NCBI RefSeq assembly: GCF_000485595.1
Contig: NW_014577084.1
Span: forward strand, 284,575 to 315,823
DNA: 31,249 nucleotides
Source of the DNA: Priapulus caudatus
Taxonomy: Eukaryota
Direction of reading: 5' to 3'
Made by a program: the position numbers and the translations under genes. This document shows, one piece after another, positions 30,883-31,249 of the stretch. The stretch's first letter is position 1, and every line of letters starts with the position of its first letter. The notes under the pieces were generated by a model. That model worked only from the letters and a program-made list of their open reading frames with translations. It did no database searches and was not told the DNA's origin.

Positions 30883-31249
30883 GCTCAAGGGGTCGTTGTC
30901 GTAACAGGTACTACAGATATGTACCCGAGGTTACTACAGACTTCGGTTCAAGGATAGAGAACATGGGTCCCAATAAAACCAATGTCATTTACATCAATAT
31001 AAATATAATATTATATCAATATAATAGGTTAGGGTTATGGATTAGGGTTAGGGTTAAAGTTAGGCACATTGGTTTTATTGGGATCCATGTTCTCTATCCT
31101 TGGGCCCAGACTTCTACTACAGAAGTGTACCCTAACCCTAACTCTAACCCTAACCCTAAACATACCTCATATAAAAATATAAACATAATACTAAACAACC
31201 TAAAACTACCTCGGGTACATATCTGTAGTACCTGTTACGACAACGACCC
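30883..31249. mobile_element. TTAGGG-containing MITE (GCTCAAGGGGTC end) in the nuclease intron; right terminus cut by the window edge
   Basis: GGGTCGTTGTCGTAACAGGTACTACAGATATGTACCCGAGG is the reverse complement of 31209-31249; (CCCTAA)n inside. Confidence 0.8.
30945..31106. mobile_element. 162-bp MITE with GG..CC ends and 8-bp TSD CAGACTTC (Merlin-like), nested in the 30883 MITE
   Basis: TSD at 30937-30944 and 31107-31114; ~42-bp TIRs; TTAGGG repeats inside. Confidence 0.8.

Larger units (their letters stand above)
30394..31249 (+). mobile_element. Left part of a probable ISL2EU/Harbinger-related DNA transposon (runs out of the window)
   Basis: AT|AGATAGTATTCACTGACGTCAC..GCGGCCGCCATTTTG terminus-like motif directly after a microsatellite, followed by the nuclease exon. 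The other end is not visible. Confidence 0.55.

Overview
Animal (invertebrate-like) genomic DNA from a gapped draft assembly. It holds two convergent spliced genes whose exon phases I checked by hand. On + is a divergent inactive-rhomboid (iRhom/RHBDF-like) gene: 14 coding exons, 5854-18090, about 835 aa, start exon uncertain. On - is a complete sideroflexin-2-like gene: 10 coding exons, 27646-22807, 328 aa. At the right end is the first coding exon of a probable ISL2EU/PHIS-type transposon nuclease (30525-30854). Non-coding DNA is rich in non-autonomous DNA transposons: a three-level nested stack of palindromic elements just upstream of SFXN2 (27999-30232), a Galileo/P-like foldback element paired with a 43-bp mini copy at the same 7-bp target, several TTAGGG-containing MITEs with 9-bp or 8-bp TSDs, and Helentron-type elements. 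Mini- and microsatellites are also present. The iRhom is unusual in its GAGG pseudo-active site, its shortened iRhom homology domain, a seven-fold tandem array of its last splice acceptor and a probable GC-AG intron. Duplications at 1-5084 and 6626-8530 look like assembly artefacts.
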